Of a stretch of 64,000 nucleotides of DNA, positions 26,720 through 40,369 are shown piece after piece. Origin of the DNA: Isurus oxyrinchus (lineage: Eukaryota); NCBI GenBank assembly GCA_026770705.1, contig JANJGN010000007.1, positions 108,934,001-108,998,000 on the forward strand, in the 5' to 3' direction. Each line of letters opens with the position of its first letter. Position 1 is the first letter of the stretch. The notes below the pieces were generated by a model. The model was given only the letters and a program-made list of their open reading frames with translations. It made no database searches and was not told where the DNA came from. The position numbers were made by a program, and so were the translations under genes.

Positions 26720-27090
26720 TTTTATGTCTGTTGCATTTAAGTTTCCGGTTAATAACAACACCCAGATTGTTGCTGTAAGGGGGGTACAGCGATCTTAGTT
26801 CCTTTGGATTTCAAGGAGAGATTGCTAGTTTATCATCTTGGAGATTGTAATTGCCTGGCACTTGTGTGGTGCGAATTTTACTTGCTACTTATCAGTTCAA
26901 GCCTCGTGTTTGTTCAGGTTTTACTGCAGTTGTGTACAACGATTTGAGTACTTGAGGAGTTGCGAGTGTCAGCAAACTCTCTTCAATCATTAGAGAACAT
27001 ACTCGCCTTTGACATTACGTTGGAGGGAGAAGTTGAAGATGGTTGGGCCTCGAGCATTATGACGAAGAACACCTGCAGTGACGCAATGTG
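26720..27090 (-). mobile_element. LINE fragment of the 44590-47722 family
   Basis: gcctggcacttgtgtggtgcgaattttacttgc matches 45330-45365. Confidence 0.6.
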
Positions 27091-28149
27091 GTTGAGCTGA
27101 TTGGCTAGATACCCTGCCAGTGGTCAAATTGGATCGGGTCGCATTTTCAGACCTAGTGACGAGTCTCAACAATCAGCCACAAAAATCAGCACTCAGCTTT
27201 TGAGATGTGCTGAGACCTTGAAAAAACATTTTAACGGAGTTGTTAGGTACTCAAAATTCATTTGAATAGGTAAATATATACGAGCGGAAGATTGTATTAT
27301 TAGCATTTTGATTGTATTCTTAACGGATAGAATTATTGCAAAAACACTCCAAAAGTTCAAATATACCTGAGCTGCTCTGTAGGCTGAAAATTGGTATTTG
27401 ATTATAAAGCCACGAGCTGCCACTGCATTCTAGAATACGATGGTAAAAGGTGCACAGCATCAGATGAGTGCTAACATTATAGTTACGTATAATGCAGATC
27501 TGATTATAGAGCACAATGAGTACCGATATGGGCGAAATGGCTTTCCAATCTAAATTTTCACCTGGGCTTAATTTTCCCGTCTCTGTGATGGCGATCTTGA
27601 AGACGCGGCAGTTGAATAGCGGGGATCCCTGTCTGGTTAGCACCATGGCACATTGTCATCTCCATGGAATTTCCCCAGGCATGCCTGAGGAAGAGGATCA
27701 GCTGCCTGCTGCAGTACATGCGAGCAGCCAATGTTCCTTGTTCACTTCCCAAATACCCATGATTTTGAAGCCTCGCTGGCATTGTTCCATCGCCGGAGCA
27801 ATCCTTCCGTTACGGGCAGAGGCCGTTAGTTCAATGCAGGCAGCCTGTCAGCAGCAGACTGGGCAGCTGTTACAGCCGGAGTCTCCATCCTCTATTGACA
27901 CAGGTACGAGCATGCATGTGTGATGTCGCCTGTTCGCAATCTTCAATGTGCCTCAGCAGCCCTCACCTCGCCCTTTCGGGCTTCTAGGGCTCCAGAGCTT
28001 TGGGACCTCTGATTGGACCTGCAGCATCAAGATCCCGCCCACCATCTTAAAAAGAACAGCGAATACGGGGGCAGCAAATAAGACGGCCGCTCCTCCAAGA
28101 TTGCAATATCAACCTGGTAGGAATATGATTTGCATTTTCCACTAACAGC

Positions 28150-28610
28150 GTTCTGCGGTCAAGATAAAGATGTTCTGCCTACAGCACAAATGAGTAAGAT
28201 AGTATATGAATTTCAGTGCAGGAGCAATGTCAGGTATGTAGGCCGTCGGCCCCAATGACTGACAATTCGTATCAAGCAGCAGGTCCCTTCGGATCCCGTG
28301 GAATAGTGCATTTGCGAGCCAGACGTTGAAACTTCCAGGACAGTTCTCACAGAGGTCAGAACATTAGGGCTTTTGTAGGGTCCCAACAGCCAACTTGATC
28401 GTACGTTTGACCTGCAACGATCGGGGAAACAGAAGATCTGGTCAAAAGTCTAATGTTAGGTCTCATTCCTGGATTGGTAAACACTTGCTGAACAACCCCG
28501 AGTGCATGAAGAATTACACTAACAACCAATGTAAGATTATATGTCGGGTTTGAAATGTAGCACTCTTATGCTTGCTATACGCTGCACATTTTCATTCGCA
28601 GGGACCTTGC
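28150..28610 (+). mobile_element. Penelope-like GIY-YIG fragment
   Basis: KDVLPTAQMSKIVYEFQCRSNVRYVGR. Homologous to 58905-59108 on the minus strand. Confidence 0.75.
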
Positions 28611-28614
28611 GCAC

Positions 28615-29560
28615 ACTTAGAAAATCACAATGCAATCAAGCAGAGCCAGCATCACTTTACAAAAGGGAAATCATGCTTGACACATGCATTGTAGTTCCTT
28701 GAGGATGTAATACGCAGTGCAAATAGAAAGGGAACAAGTAGATGTAGTGTATTTGAATTCCAAAAACAAATTCGATAAGTTCATGCTGTTGATTATAATG
28801 GATTAGCATGGAGAGATAATTGGCCAATTAACAGGAAACCGAGAGTCGGGATAAATGGATAATTTTCAGGTTGGGATTCTGCATCTAGTGAGGCCCCACA
28901 GGGATCAGTGTTGGTGTCACAATTATTTAAAGTCGATATTAATAACTTGGTTAAGGGAGAGCGTGCATTGTAGCCAAATTTGCTGATAAACCAAAGCGAG
29001 GCAGGAGAGCAGTTTCTAAGAAGATGTAAAGAGTCTGCATACGGATGTATTTACGTTAGGTGAGTTGGCAAAAAATTGGCAAGTGCAGTAAAATGAGAAA
29101 AAAAGTTAGTATGACAACTTTGGTAAGGGGGATCGAAAAACATGAGGTTATACACATGGAGACTGGCTACAGAAGGCTGCCATACAGGTTGATTTAGATG
29201 TCCTCACACATGGATCACTTGCAGGTTCAGAAGATAATTAGAAATGGAAATGGAATTGCAGAGCATGAAAATAGGGATACCTTGCGAGAAATGTACTGGG
29301 TATTGGTAAGATTATACATAGAGTACTATGTACAATTGGGAACTCCATACCTACATTCGTGGCAGTTGAGGAAATGTTCACTTGGTTCATTCCTGGGATG
29401 AAGAATTTGCCTTATGGGAAAGGATGAGCAGGTTCCGCCGATATTCATTGAAGTTTAGAAGAATGAAATATGACATTACTGAAACATAAAGGATTCAGAG
29501 GACTCATGACAAGCTATAAAGGAAGGAAATATTTTCATTCGTGAAGGAATCTAGAACATG
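28615..29560 (+). mobile_element. CR1 LINE RT remnant
   Basis: QSQH.FTKGKSCLT, PQGSVL, KFAD and LYIEYYVQ motifs. Confidence 0.8.
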
Positions 29561-29569
29561 GAAACATGG

Positions 29570-32150
29570 GCATAGAAAACAGGATCGGGGTAAGTAATTC
29601 GGTCCATCAAGTCTGCTTGTCCATTCAAAATGAAATTGGCTGATGCTCCATCTCAACGCCATGCTATAGCTCTCTCCCCATGCCCCTTGGCTCTTTAGCA
29701 TTTAGAAATCTACGTATTCCCCTGTAAAATATATTCAGTCACTTGGCCTCCACAGCTGTCTATGGTAGAGAATTCCACAGTTTCACCACCCTCTGAGTGA
29801 AGAAGTTTCTCCTCATTTCACTCCTAACTGGCCTACCCAGTACACTGAAAGTGTGGCTCTTTGTTCTAAGACACATCCCACTCCCTGGAAACCAGAGGAA
29901 TCATCATCCCTGGCATTCAGTCTGTCCAGCCTTGACAGAATGTTGTATGTTTTAATGAGATCCCCTCTCATTCTTCTCAATTCGAGTGAATCCATAACTA
30001 ATCGACGCAATCTCTCTTCAGACAGCAATCCTACCATCCCAGGAATCAGTCAGGTGAACATTCGTTGCACAGCCTCTATGGCAAGAACATCCGTTGTTAG
30101 GGAAGGCGACCAAGACTACACACAATGCTCAAGGTGTGAAACAAAAACAGAATTACCTGGACTCAGCAGGTCTGGCAGCATCGGCAGAGAAGAAAAGAGT
30201 TGACGTTTCGAGTCCTCATGACCCTTCGACAGAACATGGTGTGATCTCTTCAAGGCCCTGTACAGCCTCATTGAGATATTCCCGCTCCTGTACTCAAGTC
30301 CTCTCACAATGAAGGCCAACATACCATTTGCCTCCCTAACTGCTTGCTGCACCTACATGCTAGCTTTCAGTGACTGGTGAAAAAGGTCATCCAGGTCCCT
30401 TTGCACGTCAGCATTTCCCAATCTATCATCATGTAACTAAAATTCTGCCATTCTGTTTTTTTCCTACGAAAGTGTACATCTTCAAACTTATCCACGTCAT
30501 TCTCCATCTGTCGTGCATTTGCCCACCCACTCAAATTATCTAAGTCACTTTGAAGTCTGTTAACATCCTGCTCACCTCTCACATTACAAGCTACTTTTTT
30601 GTTGTCAGCAAACTTGGAAATATTACGTTTAGTTTCTTCATCCAAATCATTGTGAATAGCTGGGGCACAAGGACAGATCCACATAGAACCCCACTAATCA
30701 TCATCTGTCACTCTGAAAAAGACCAATTTATTCCTATTCCCTGTTTCCTGCCTATTAATTAATTCTCAAACCATGTTAGCATATTATCCACAATCACATG
30801 CGTTTTAATTTTGCACACTAGCCTCTTCTGTGGCACTTTATCAAAAGTTATCTGAAAATCCAAATACACCACATCTACTGGTTCTCCCTTATCTTTTCTA
30901 GGAGTCCTCAAATAACTCCAATAGGTTTTGCAAACATGATTTCCCTTTTCTAAATGTCTGTTGACTTTGTCTAATCCTCTTCATACTTTCAAAGTGCTGT
31001 TGTCACATGCTTTATAACAGACTCTAGCATTTTCCCTACTACTGATATTAGACTGTAATTCACTATTTTCTCCCTCCCTGTTTTTTTAAATAGTGGTGTT
31101 ACGTATACCACAGTCCAATCTGCTGGGGCTGTTCTAGAATCTCCAGAATTTTGAAAGATGACAACGAACACACCCAATATTTCCATGGTCACTTCCTTTA
31201 GTCTCCTTGGGTGTAGATTAGGAGGCCCTGGGGGTTTATTGGCTATCAATCCCATTAATTTCTCCAGCACTATGTTCATACTAATAATGACTTCTTTCAA
31301 TTTCTCCGTCTCAATAGAACATTGGGTTTCATTCTGGGGATTTATTTATGTCTTCTTCTGTGAAGACAGAACGAAAGTAGTTGTTTAATTGTTCTGCAAT
31401 TTCCTTGCTCTCTATTATGAACTCTCCAGTTTCGGACTGTAAGGGAGTTACATTTGTCTTCATTATTGATTCTGTTTTCCATATTTATATAAGTGCTTAT
31501 AGTCTGTGCGGCTTAGTGCTTTTTCTAGCAACTTTGTGTAACTCTTCTTTGGATCAAATGCTATCCATAATTTCTTTTGTTATTCACGCCTGGGCCGTTT
31601 TTCTTGTTATGTTTTTGCGCTAGAAAGGAATGCATAACTATTGCAATGTATGTATTCGCTCCTTAAATAATAGTCATTGCCTATCCAGTGTCAATGCCTT
31701 TTCATTAAGTTCCCCAATCTATCATAGCCACATCACGCCTCATGCCTTTGTGGATTTATTTGTTTATATTTCCAACCCTAGTTTTGGAGTGACCTACTTC
31801 AATTTCGATCCTGATGAAGATTTCCAACATGTTATCCTCATTCTTCCTTAAAACACCACGCGCAACAAGATTATTAATTAACCCCTTCCCTTTGCAAAAT
31901 GCAAATCTGGTGTAGCCTATTCCCAAGTTGATTCCGTGATTCACTGGTGTAAAAAAAATGTTGTACACACTCCGCCACAGCGTTATTTCTAATTTGGATT
32001 CCCCAACCTATATGTAGATTACATAGAACCATAATTAGGACAACACCCTTGTTATATGCATCTCTAATTTGCTGTTTAATGTCACCTTCTATTTTATGCC
32101 ACTGTTTGGGGGTCTATATACAACTCGCAAGAATGTTTTCCACCCCTTGG
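29570..32150 (-). mobile_element. CR1 LINE ORF2 remnant (endonuclease tail to 3' UTR)
   Basis: NKPPGPPNLHPRRLKEV, NISKFADNKK, QQAVREANGMLAFIVRGLEY and LELRRMRGDLIKTYNIL. Confidence 0.88.
30139..30237 (-). mobile_element. Short hammerhead-ribozyme-bearing (Penelope pLTR-derived) insertion within a CR1
   Basis: Flanked by a GGTGTG duplication (30133-30138 / 30238-30243). The minus strand reads GUU-CUGUCGA-A-GGGUC-AUGAG-GACUC-GAAA-CGUC-AAC. Confidence 0.7.
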
Positions 32151-32817
32151 GGAGCACAGTTTCGGAATAAGGGTCCTCGCATTTAAGACAGAGAGGAGAA
32201 GGAATGTATTCTCCCAGCCGGTCATTAATCTTTGGGAAGTTCTACCCCAGCCAGAACAGAAGCCTGTGCCAATGAATATATTTTAGAGCTGAGTTGGTCA
32301 ATTTTTTGATTTACAATTGACTCTAGGTTTTGAGCATACAGGGAGGAGAGTGGATATCAGGTCAGCTTTGTGAATGGGGAGCCAGATTCATGGGGCAGAA
32401 AGGCCTTCTCCTGGTCTTCCTTACATATTCATGTTGTTATGATCGTGGCACCTTAACAACTTCAGTGATTGTTGTGGTCTGCGTGGACCTTCACCGTGCT
32501 TCTTTCTTTCCCTCGGCTTTTGTGGAAAATAAACATCATTACAAACAAAGCTCACCTTTGATTGGTTGTTTTTTTATTATGACATCGAGTTCCAGTGATG
32601 AAACGTATTGCATGAACTGCCGATGTAGAAAATGCGCAACTGACATAAGAAAACACATTACCGCTATCCAGCATCAACGTGCGACACAGTGCCTAACCAG
32701 GACATTCCGCCTTTCGTGCCTTTGCCAACTCATTGCTACAATTATTTGGTAATGCTTTCACTACCACAATTTTCCCCTAGACCAGTCCCATAGATATTTT
32801 CCATCAAGTAGGTATCT

Positions 32818-32905
32818 GACAGCAGTTATTGTGGCGCAGTGGGTCGCTTTCCTGCCTCTGAACCAGAAGCAATGAGTTTAACTCCCCCTGCAGGGTTTGA
32901 TCTCC
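32818..32905 (+). mobile_element. tRNA-derived SINE head
   Basis: A-box TGGCGCAGTGG and degenerate B-box GAGTTTAACTC at tRNA-like spacing. Confidence 0.55.
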
Positions 32906-33059
32906 AGGGATCAACTTGGGATTTTTTCTGCATGTGTCATTAAGCTACTGGCTAGGCCAATCAATGACTTCCTCGCTGGGGGTCTTTGGCTTTGGAGGGG
33001 CGTTCTTCTAACTGAAATGTAAGGAGATCTACTTGTTTTGCTTCAGACTTCGCTACACA

Positions 33060-34635
33060 GGAAACAAGTAACATCATGGGAATAGCTGTAAATCATCAAA
33101 TGGAAGGGGGTGGGGGAGGAAATCGAGAAAATTACAATCACCAGGGAATTTGTATTGAGCAGATTCTTAGGGCTGGGGGCTGACAAATCTCTGGGTCTGG
33201 ATGTATTTCAACCCTAAGGACTTGAAAGAACTGGGTAGTGAGATGGTTGATCCACTGGTTTTAATTTTCCAATTTGCCTAGATTCTGGGAAGTTACAATG
33301 AGATTAGAAAGTAGCAAATATAAATCCTGTATTCAAAAAGGGAGGGAAACAGAAAGCTGGGAACTATAGGTCAGTTAGCCTAACATCTGTCAGAGGGAAA
33401 ATGTTAGATGTTGTTATTAAAGGTGTTATAGCGGGGCACTTAGAGAAGTTCAAGGTATTCAGGCACAGTCAACATGGTTTTGTAAAAGAGAAATCATGTT
33501 TAATCAACTTATTTGAGTTATTTGAAGGAGCCACATGTGCTGTGGATAAAGGGAACCCAGTGGGTGTACTGCACTTAGATTTGCAGAAGGAATTTGATAA
33601 AGTGATAGTTCAAAGATTATTCAGAAAATAAAATCCTATGGTGTAGGAGCAATTACTGGCATGGATTGGCTAGCATGGATATGTTAAGTGAATGGGAAAA
33701 TACATGCCAAATAGATTATAACTTGAGCAAAGGTGAAACTTTTCATTTTGGCAAGAAGAACAAAAAATGAACCTCGTTTTGAAAATGTTGCGAGATTGCA
33801 GATCTCTGAGATTCAAAGGGATCTGGATGTCCTAATGCACGAATCGTAATAGATTAGTATGAAGATTCAGCAGATGAATAGGAAAACTAATAGACCGTTA
33901 TTATTTATGTTGAGTGGAATTGATCACAAACTTAGGGTGGTTATGCTTCAGTTGTACAGGCCATTGTTGTGACCACAACTTGAGTATTGTGTACAGTACT
34001 AGTCCCATTCTTTAAAGAAAGATGTAAATATGTTAGAAGCAGTTCAGAGAAGGTTTACTTGACCAATACCAGGAATGGGCGGGTCGCCCTATAAGGAAGG
34101 GCTGGACAGGTTAGGCTTGTATCTACAAGGATTCAGAAGAGTATGAGGCAATTTAATTGAAACCTTTAAGATACTGATTCGTCTTGACAGGGTGGATGTG
34201 GAGAGGAAGTTTCCTTCTGTGGGAGAATCTAGAACTAGGGGTCACTGTTTAAAAACAAGGTGTCACTCATTTAAGACAGGGATGAGGAGAATTTTTTTTC
34301 TCAGACAGTTGTGAATCTTTGGAATTGTCTTTCTCAGAAGAAGGTGAAAGCAGAGTTTTGAATATTTTTAAAGTAGAGATGGATAGTTTCTTGGTAAGCA
34401 AAGGGGTGCTATGTTATCGGCGGTAAGTAGAATGCAGATTTCAGATTGCTATCAGATTAGCCATGATCTTTTTAAATCTCGGTGCGGACTCGAGGGGCCA
34501 AATGGCCTACTCCTGCGACTTCGTTTGGGCAGCAGGAATGTGGGTTTGAGGTTAAATTCAGATTAGCCATGACCTTATTGAAAGGCGGAGCAGGTTCGAG
34601 GAGCCGAGTGGCCGTATTCTCCTCATAATTCGTAT
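33060..34635 (+). mobile_element. CR1 LINE RT remnant with tandemly doubled 3' UTR
   Basis: HSQHGFVKEKSCLINLFELFE...LDLQKEFDKV. Two successive tcagattagccatga...tggcc 3' ends. Confidence 0.88.
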
Positions 34636-35699
34636 CTTTCAATGATCGTATGTTGGTGATTTTGCAAAAGCCTTATTTTTATGAATGAGCAATCAGGGAA
34701 GAATTAGTAGAAATGGAGCGAGGTCATATCTAACTGTATGTGTTAAGTGTGAAGTAAAGAGATGAATTGTCATCAAGCACAACAAATTAATATTCACCAA
34801 TTATCACAGTGATTGAGCAAAACAACAGTCAGGTTATCCACGGACGGAATAAGCAAAATAACTCTGTGTGGACTTATTTATTAGAAGCTAATTACATGTA
34901 ATTTTTAAAAAAATTGTACTTAATATTCTGAAATAAATCTATAGATTGACCATAAATGACCGTCAGTCAAATCAGTAACCGAAATGGGAATATTTCAAGA
35001 AGCTAAGCAAATATTAGGCAATGGTTTGTATTCTACTTGATAATACACAACGGTTAGATTGTTACATTTACAATGAAACGCAAAGCACAAAATTGCGTTC
35101 TCTAATGCCTACAATGAATGCAACACAATGGAACGGTCCAGATGCTGAGCATTGCTATATTGTGTGAGTATTCACCAATCACATATAGCTCAAAAAATCC
35201 ACTATTTTTCAACTAGTTGTTGCACCGAACATCTGAGGATGAACATTGCGGCACATGTTTCAAATATATTAACGATGAACCAATACAATCGATTCCATTA
35301 ATGCACGATTGCGTCGCTTGTCGAATGCGGTTTGATTCTACACACTTCTAATTTTTTTGGGTCGATCCCAGCCATTGCCATTGAAGTTCAAATGTTTGCT
35401 TTCTTATCTTTCTTAACATTGCGATGGGTCAACAGTAGGTAGCTGTAATTGAAACGGAATAATTCAAAGCCTAGAGTTAACTCAGAGCGTGAATTGTGAA
35501 GCAGTTGAATCTGAACGCAAACTGATGATGAGCTCTGGCGATGATATGGAGACGCATTAAGTGACAAGATGCTCTGGCCTGAAATTGTACTCTGAAAAGG
35601 GATTTTAGTTTAAAAAGCCCCGATTCCTCCTCTCATCACCCGCCCTTAATAAAAAAGGTGCTTTTTGACATTTGATTTCTCCCTTTATATGTGGTGGCT

Positions 35700-38600
35700 C
35701 ATTTTCCCCACCCCTCAGTTTTGGTGTGACCGACTCTCTGTCAATAGCCTCTGAGCGAACTCGAGATGGGATGAACGATAAAAAGTTAAATTATCAGCAC
35801 ATACTAGAATGCGAGGAGGGTCGCAACGCAACCTTGTTTTCATTCATAGAATTAAGGTGGGATAGAGAGCAGAAGGAGTTATGGGGAAAGACTACAGACA
35901 AAATAAGAGTTACTGTTCACGTGAGTTCAGTGTCCAAAATTAGAACCCAATGTCGTGTTGTTCATAGATTCAGCAGGATCAAAACTGTTGCTAAATAATT
36001 CACTTTTCGAGCAGCGGTGACTGCGGCGAAGCATTGGGCAGACAGATGATTTCCTCTTGTAGGTGCTGTCAAGAAAAAATTCAGAAGCTCCAAAAGAAAG
36101 TGCATATATTGGGGCCAAGCATTCAAACCTGGAACAAAGCTCTGTTTCTGCTGCTGCCTGCTAGATGTGAAAATGGCAGTCAGCTATTTCCCACTTCACC
36201 AGGCAATAGGATTACAGGTCATAGCAGCTTCGGTGGGGATGTCATGTGACTGGACTCCACTTCCCCACCTTTGTTTGGACAAAGGATCTATATTCCTTTT
36301 CTGGATTCTTGAGATGGCTAATGTTTCAATGATTAATAAGCTCAAGAGAGGTTTCAGGGCCCTTTTGCCCTCGCAGACTTATCGTCTCCGTTGGCCAGGG
36401 CCGGACATTAAAAATATAAAACGGATAAAACGGACTATATGCAATCCCTGGGGAGTTTATCTTGCAGCCACAAGTAGCATTAATGTCTCTTCAGGGAAAA
36501 CGAGGTTGCTGCTCTTGTGAAGGCCAGAAATTGCTTTTGTGTGAGTCATCGCCAGTCATAGCTTCCAGCTTTTAAAACAGATCTCCAGTTCCCTCTCTGC
36601 CTCTTGGGGAATATTAATTCTGTTTCAATGTTTTCTTTATGTTATCCTAGAAATGGAGAATAGGAAATGAAGAAACACACAAGTTTTCCCTCATTCATGC
36701 TGGCACATCAGACACACAGCTAGCTGGGGCCATGGCAGTTCCCTGCTGCATTTGCGTTTTGAATTTTAAACCCACCAGACAGTATCGACAAGGATATTGT
36801 CTCGTCCTCGGACCAGGAAGGTTTAGGTGACGTGGGAGGATTCAAAATTCATCTGTATGTGGGGTGCATTCGAGGCTAGCGTTTTGAATTCCCTCTGTTG
36901 GGGATCAGGTTTTTCAACCCACTAATAACTATCCTCAAAAGATTCTGAGGGCTTTTCAGGCTGGTTAGCTCTCAGATGGCGAGTGATAGCTAAGCTGTTT
37001 TGGGCCCTTCACAGGGGAATATTGGAAATCTCACTTTGTGGATGCCAGGCCCTGGGATCTTACGTTTGAGCTGCCCTTGTGCACCTTACCTCCTGTCTGT
37101 ACACTTTGGTCACATGAGGGTTTTAGAACCCATGGATTGTGGTTACGTTTATTTCCAGGGTAGTGGAGTGTTTTAAAGTTGTTTTAATCACTTCAGGGGC
37201 TTCTGTTTCATGATCTGGCTCGAGCGCTCGCACACCTGGGGATTTCCAGCATCTGGTGTTGGGTGCTATTGGTTGGCAAGGCAACAGGTAAGCATTTGGC
37301 TCCTGAACTGGGTCAGCCTTTCTGCATGATACGAAGATGTCTTTCTCTCGTGGGTCTGTCCTGAACCCTTACCATGAAGGGTTATAATGGATGGTTGGTG
37401 GCTTGATGAGTGGTTATGGATCATTTCAAATTGGGTGGTTAGCCCGCTTTGGCCACTGTGCGATTGTGCATTATGGGAGGTTTGCATGGGGTCCAATATG
37501 GTTGGCGTCCCTCCGCTGGTCAGTTGGGGTTAGGTGTTGTGTCTTTTAGGGCATGACCGCCTTCTGGTGGGTTGTCAGTTCTTATTCTACCTCCGGGTAG
37601 CCTATCAACTAAGTGAAACATCAGCCTCACTCTTTTTAGATCAATTTGGGAGATTTTCTGGTCTCTACTTAAATTAGCATCACTGGCGAGGGCAATCAAT
37701 GACATCCTGGCTAGAGCCTTTGTCTTTGGAGGAGGCGCTCTTCTAACGTGTCCCAGGTCCTGTGCAACACCATTGCCTTAAGTGGAGCTGCAATTGCAGC
37801 TGCCCTCTATTGTGGCTTCTCGAATGGGTAAGGCATCTTGCTCCCCTATTTGGGAAATCTCTTGGTCCCTATTTAATATTGGAAAGAAGGCTTCTGCTTG
37901 CAATATTTCAGGCAAGTCATTAACCTTTTCCTTTCTTTTACCAATCTACCCTCCTCCAGACTTTTCAACCATGTTGAGCATCGGCTTCAGTTTTTCTTTC
38001 ACTGATTTAGGACTTCTCTGGACCCAGTTTAATTCTGAGATATTTGATGAATCTATTTCAGATTCTAGAGGCCTTCTCTGGACCTCTTTTAATTTTACCA
38101 GTCTGGCTTCGGCCTAGCTACATTGCAGGAGCTCCCTTCCGAGGCCTATGCGTGCCATTTTATCTTTCTGGGCCTTGGGACATTACCAAGCTTCATCCCA
38201 TTCCACAGACTGGTTGGCATTTGTCTCTTTTCTTTCGTTGGCAAACGCCTTGATGCCTGCCAAATCGTTTCCAATGAGGAAATCGTTTCCTACAACTGGT
38301 AGTTTAGGGACAATTACGACTGTAATAAGGCCGAAACAAGGTCACACTGTACCTGGACCTTATGGAGGGGGAAGCACAGGTCCTCTCCCCCCCCCCCCCC
38401 CCCTTGAATGACCATTACTTTGGCCTTCAGGGGACTCTCGGCGGGCGGGTGGGTTGGGGCGGTATGTTTAAGTTTTCCAACAGCCTTAAGGATTGAGTGG
38501 CCCCTGTGTCCCTGAGCCGTACAACGGACTTGCTTACATTTTGCGTGGAGTCGGTCGGGATGGGGGGTGGGGGACAGCTCTATCTCTGACAGTACAAAAC

Positions 38601-38700
38601 GTACAAAGCTCTCTGGGAGTTTGTCCGGCTCTGACAAATAGAGTACAAAGGGCAAGTTTCTGTAGCGAGACCCTCTTCCTGCTCTGCTGAGTTTCTCAGC
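35700..38700 (-). mobile_element. Gmr1-type Ty3/Gypsy LTR retrotransposon remnant (protease region ~38250-38620)
   Basis: Minus strand reads LRDTGATQSL (DTG at 38510-38502), PLHKVQVQCDLVS and VVIVPKLPVVGNDFLIGNDLAG. Boundaries are uncertain and no RT or IN was recognised. Confidence 0.65.
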
Positions 38701-40369
38701 TCCGTGACATTACAAATCAAAACAACCTTCAATAGTTGCAAATTACGCGCAATAATTTTCCAGTTCTCCGTTACATAGCTGCCTCAGCTACACGGAAAAT
38801 TGTCTCCAGGACACCCCAGAGCAATTCACCTGCGTCTCTGCCTTTTGTATGTGAAACAACTCAGTTGCCCTCTTGAATTCTACCGTTTTCACTTGCACTG
38901 TTAAGAATTTCAACGCCGATGCGTGGACGATGTGTCAATAGCTCCAACTAACTAATGTTTACTTCTGAACTTTAATTTGGTCGATGTTAATTCTGCTTCT
39001 CTCTCTTCGATGCTACAAGTCCTGCTGAGTATTTTCATCATTTTCTGTTTACGTTAGGTCAAAACGAAATTCTTACTGCGGCAACTTCAGCAGTGTGCCT
39101 GCAACGCTCAAAAATATAAGCAGCGATCAGAGTTGCAACAGTAAAATACCCCAAATCCAATCAGAACGCAAATTATAATTGATAGAATCGCAGCGCAGGT
39201 GAGGCTACTAAACTATGCTGTCTACTGGACCTCTCTGATATCATTTGCTATGATTTCCGTGGTTTATTTCCAACGTTAATGAATAAATATCCTAGAACTC
39301 CATATCTAAGAGCGTGGTTGGAGGACATTAATCATTTGGACTGCAGCCTTTGAAAAGAAAACGCGCTATATCTTCTCAGGGCAACTAGAGAGGGGCAACA
39401 AATAGCATTGCTGTGAGAGGCGCTAACACTGCAGACGTGAATTAAGAACTGCATATCAAACTTACTTGTGAATTTCATTATAGTCTCTGCCTCTGCAGCC
39501 AACAATGCTAAGGTACTTGGTGTCTCGACGGTTCTTGAAGGAGAAAGCTGTCTCTTAATCAAGTTTTGCAATTCTAATAGTTAATTTCCCAGTCCACACT
39601 GAATACACAGATATCCCAATATCACTATTCAATGTTATTCCATCTTTTTCGTAATTTGGCTGCAAATTTCTCATGTATCTCCTCTCATTGATATTTTATC
39701 TAATAATATCCACTCAGCGGCGTGATGGCCCCTCAATTTTTCTTTAATTCTATCCTAGATGATTCTGTCCATGAGCCTGAAATTGCATGCACCCTTTCTA
39801 ACTCGGTTACAGTGTCTGTTTTGAGTATTGAAACCAAGCCATTTCATCTGCCTCCTTCGATTTCCTGAATATGTTGTGGCCTAGAATGCTAAGTGCCACT
39901 TCCACAGTTCAGTCAGAGCTCCGTTATTTTCATTATTTGATCATCCCAAGTGACTGCTACTTCCTCCAGCTCACCAATTTAAATACCAGAGAGTTGCACT
40001 AAGTTTCCTGGATTTGCAATTGGGAATAGTGCACACTTTTAAGCATCTAATTTGGAAATCTGTTCATGAAAAACATGGCTTAGGACGAAATGAGCTTAGT
40101 GAAAGTAATTAGCTAATTGTATCCCATCATGTTTATAACATTGGTGTGCTCACCTCCTCACGTGCATGACAGCATTTCACAAACAAGTGGTGTAACCATC
40201 CAAGTTCATATCTGTCTGCGCAAAGGGATGCTTTGCAGAACCTCAATGTTCTCTTCCACAATCACACACTAAAATGTAATTGTAATGGATAAAAATAGCA
40301 CCCCAGCGTTTGCTGCCGCTCCATGTTAATCATATGCAAGAACGTTCTTCTCTTAAAGATAAGTTTAAA

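Noticed and set aside
32818-32905. Functional tRNA gene
   Set aside because: The B box is degenerate, and there is no full cloverleaf or terminator. It is a SINE head.
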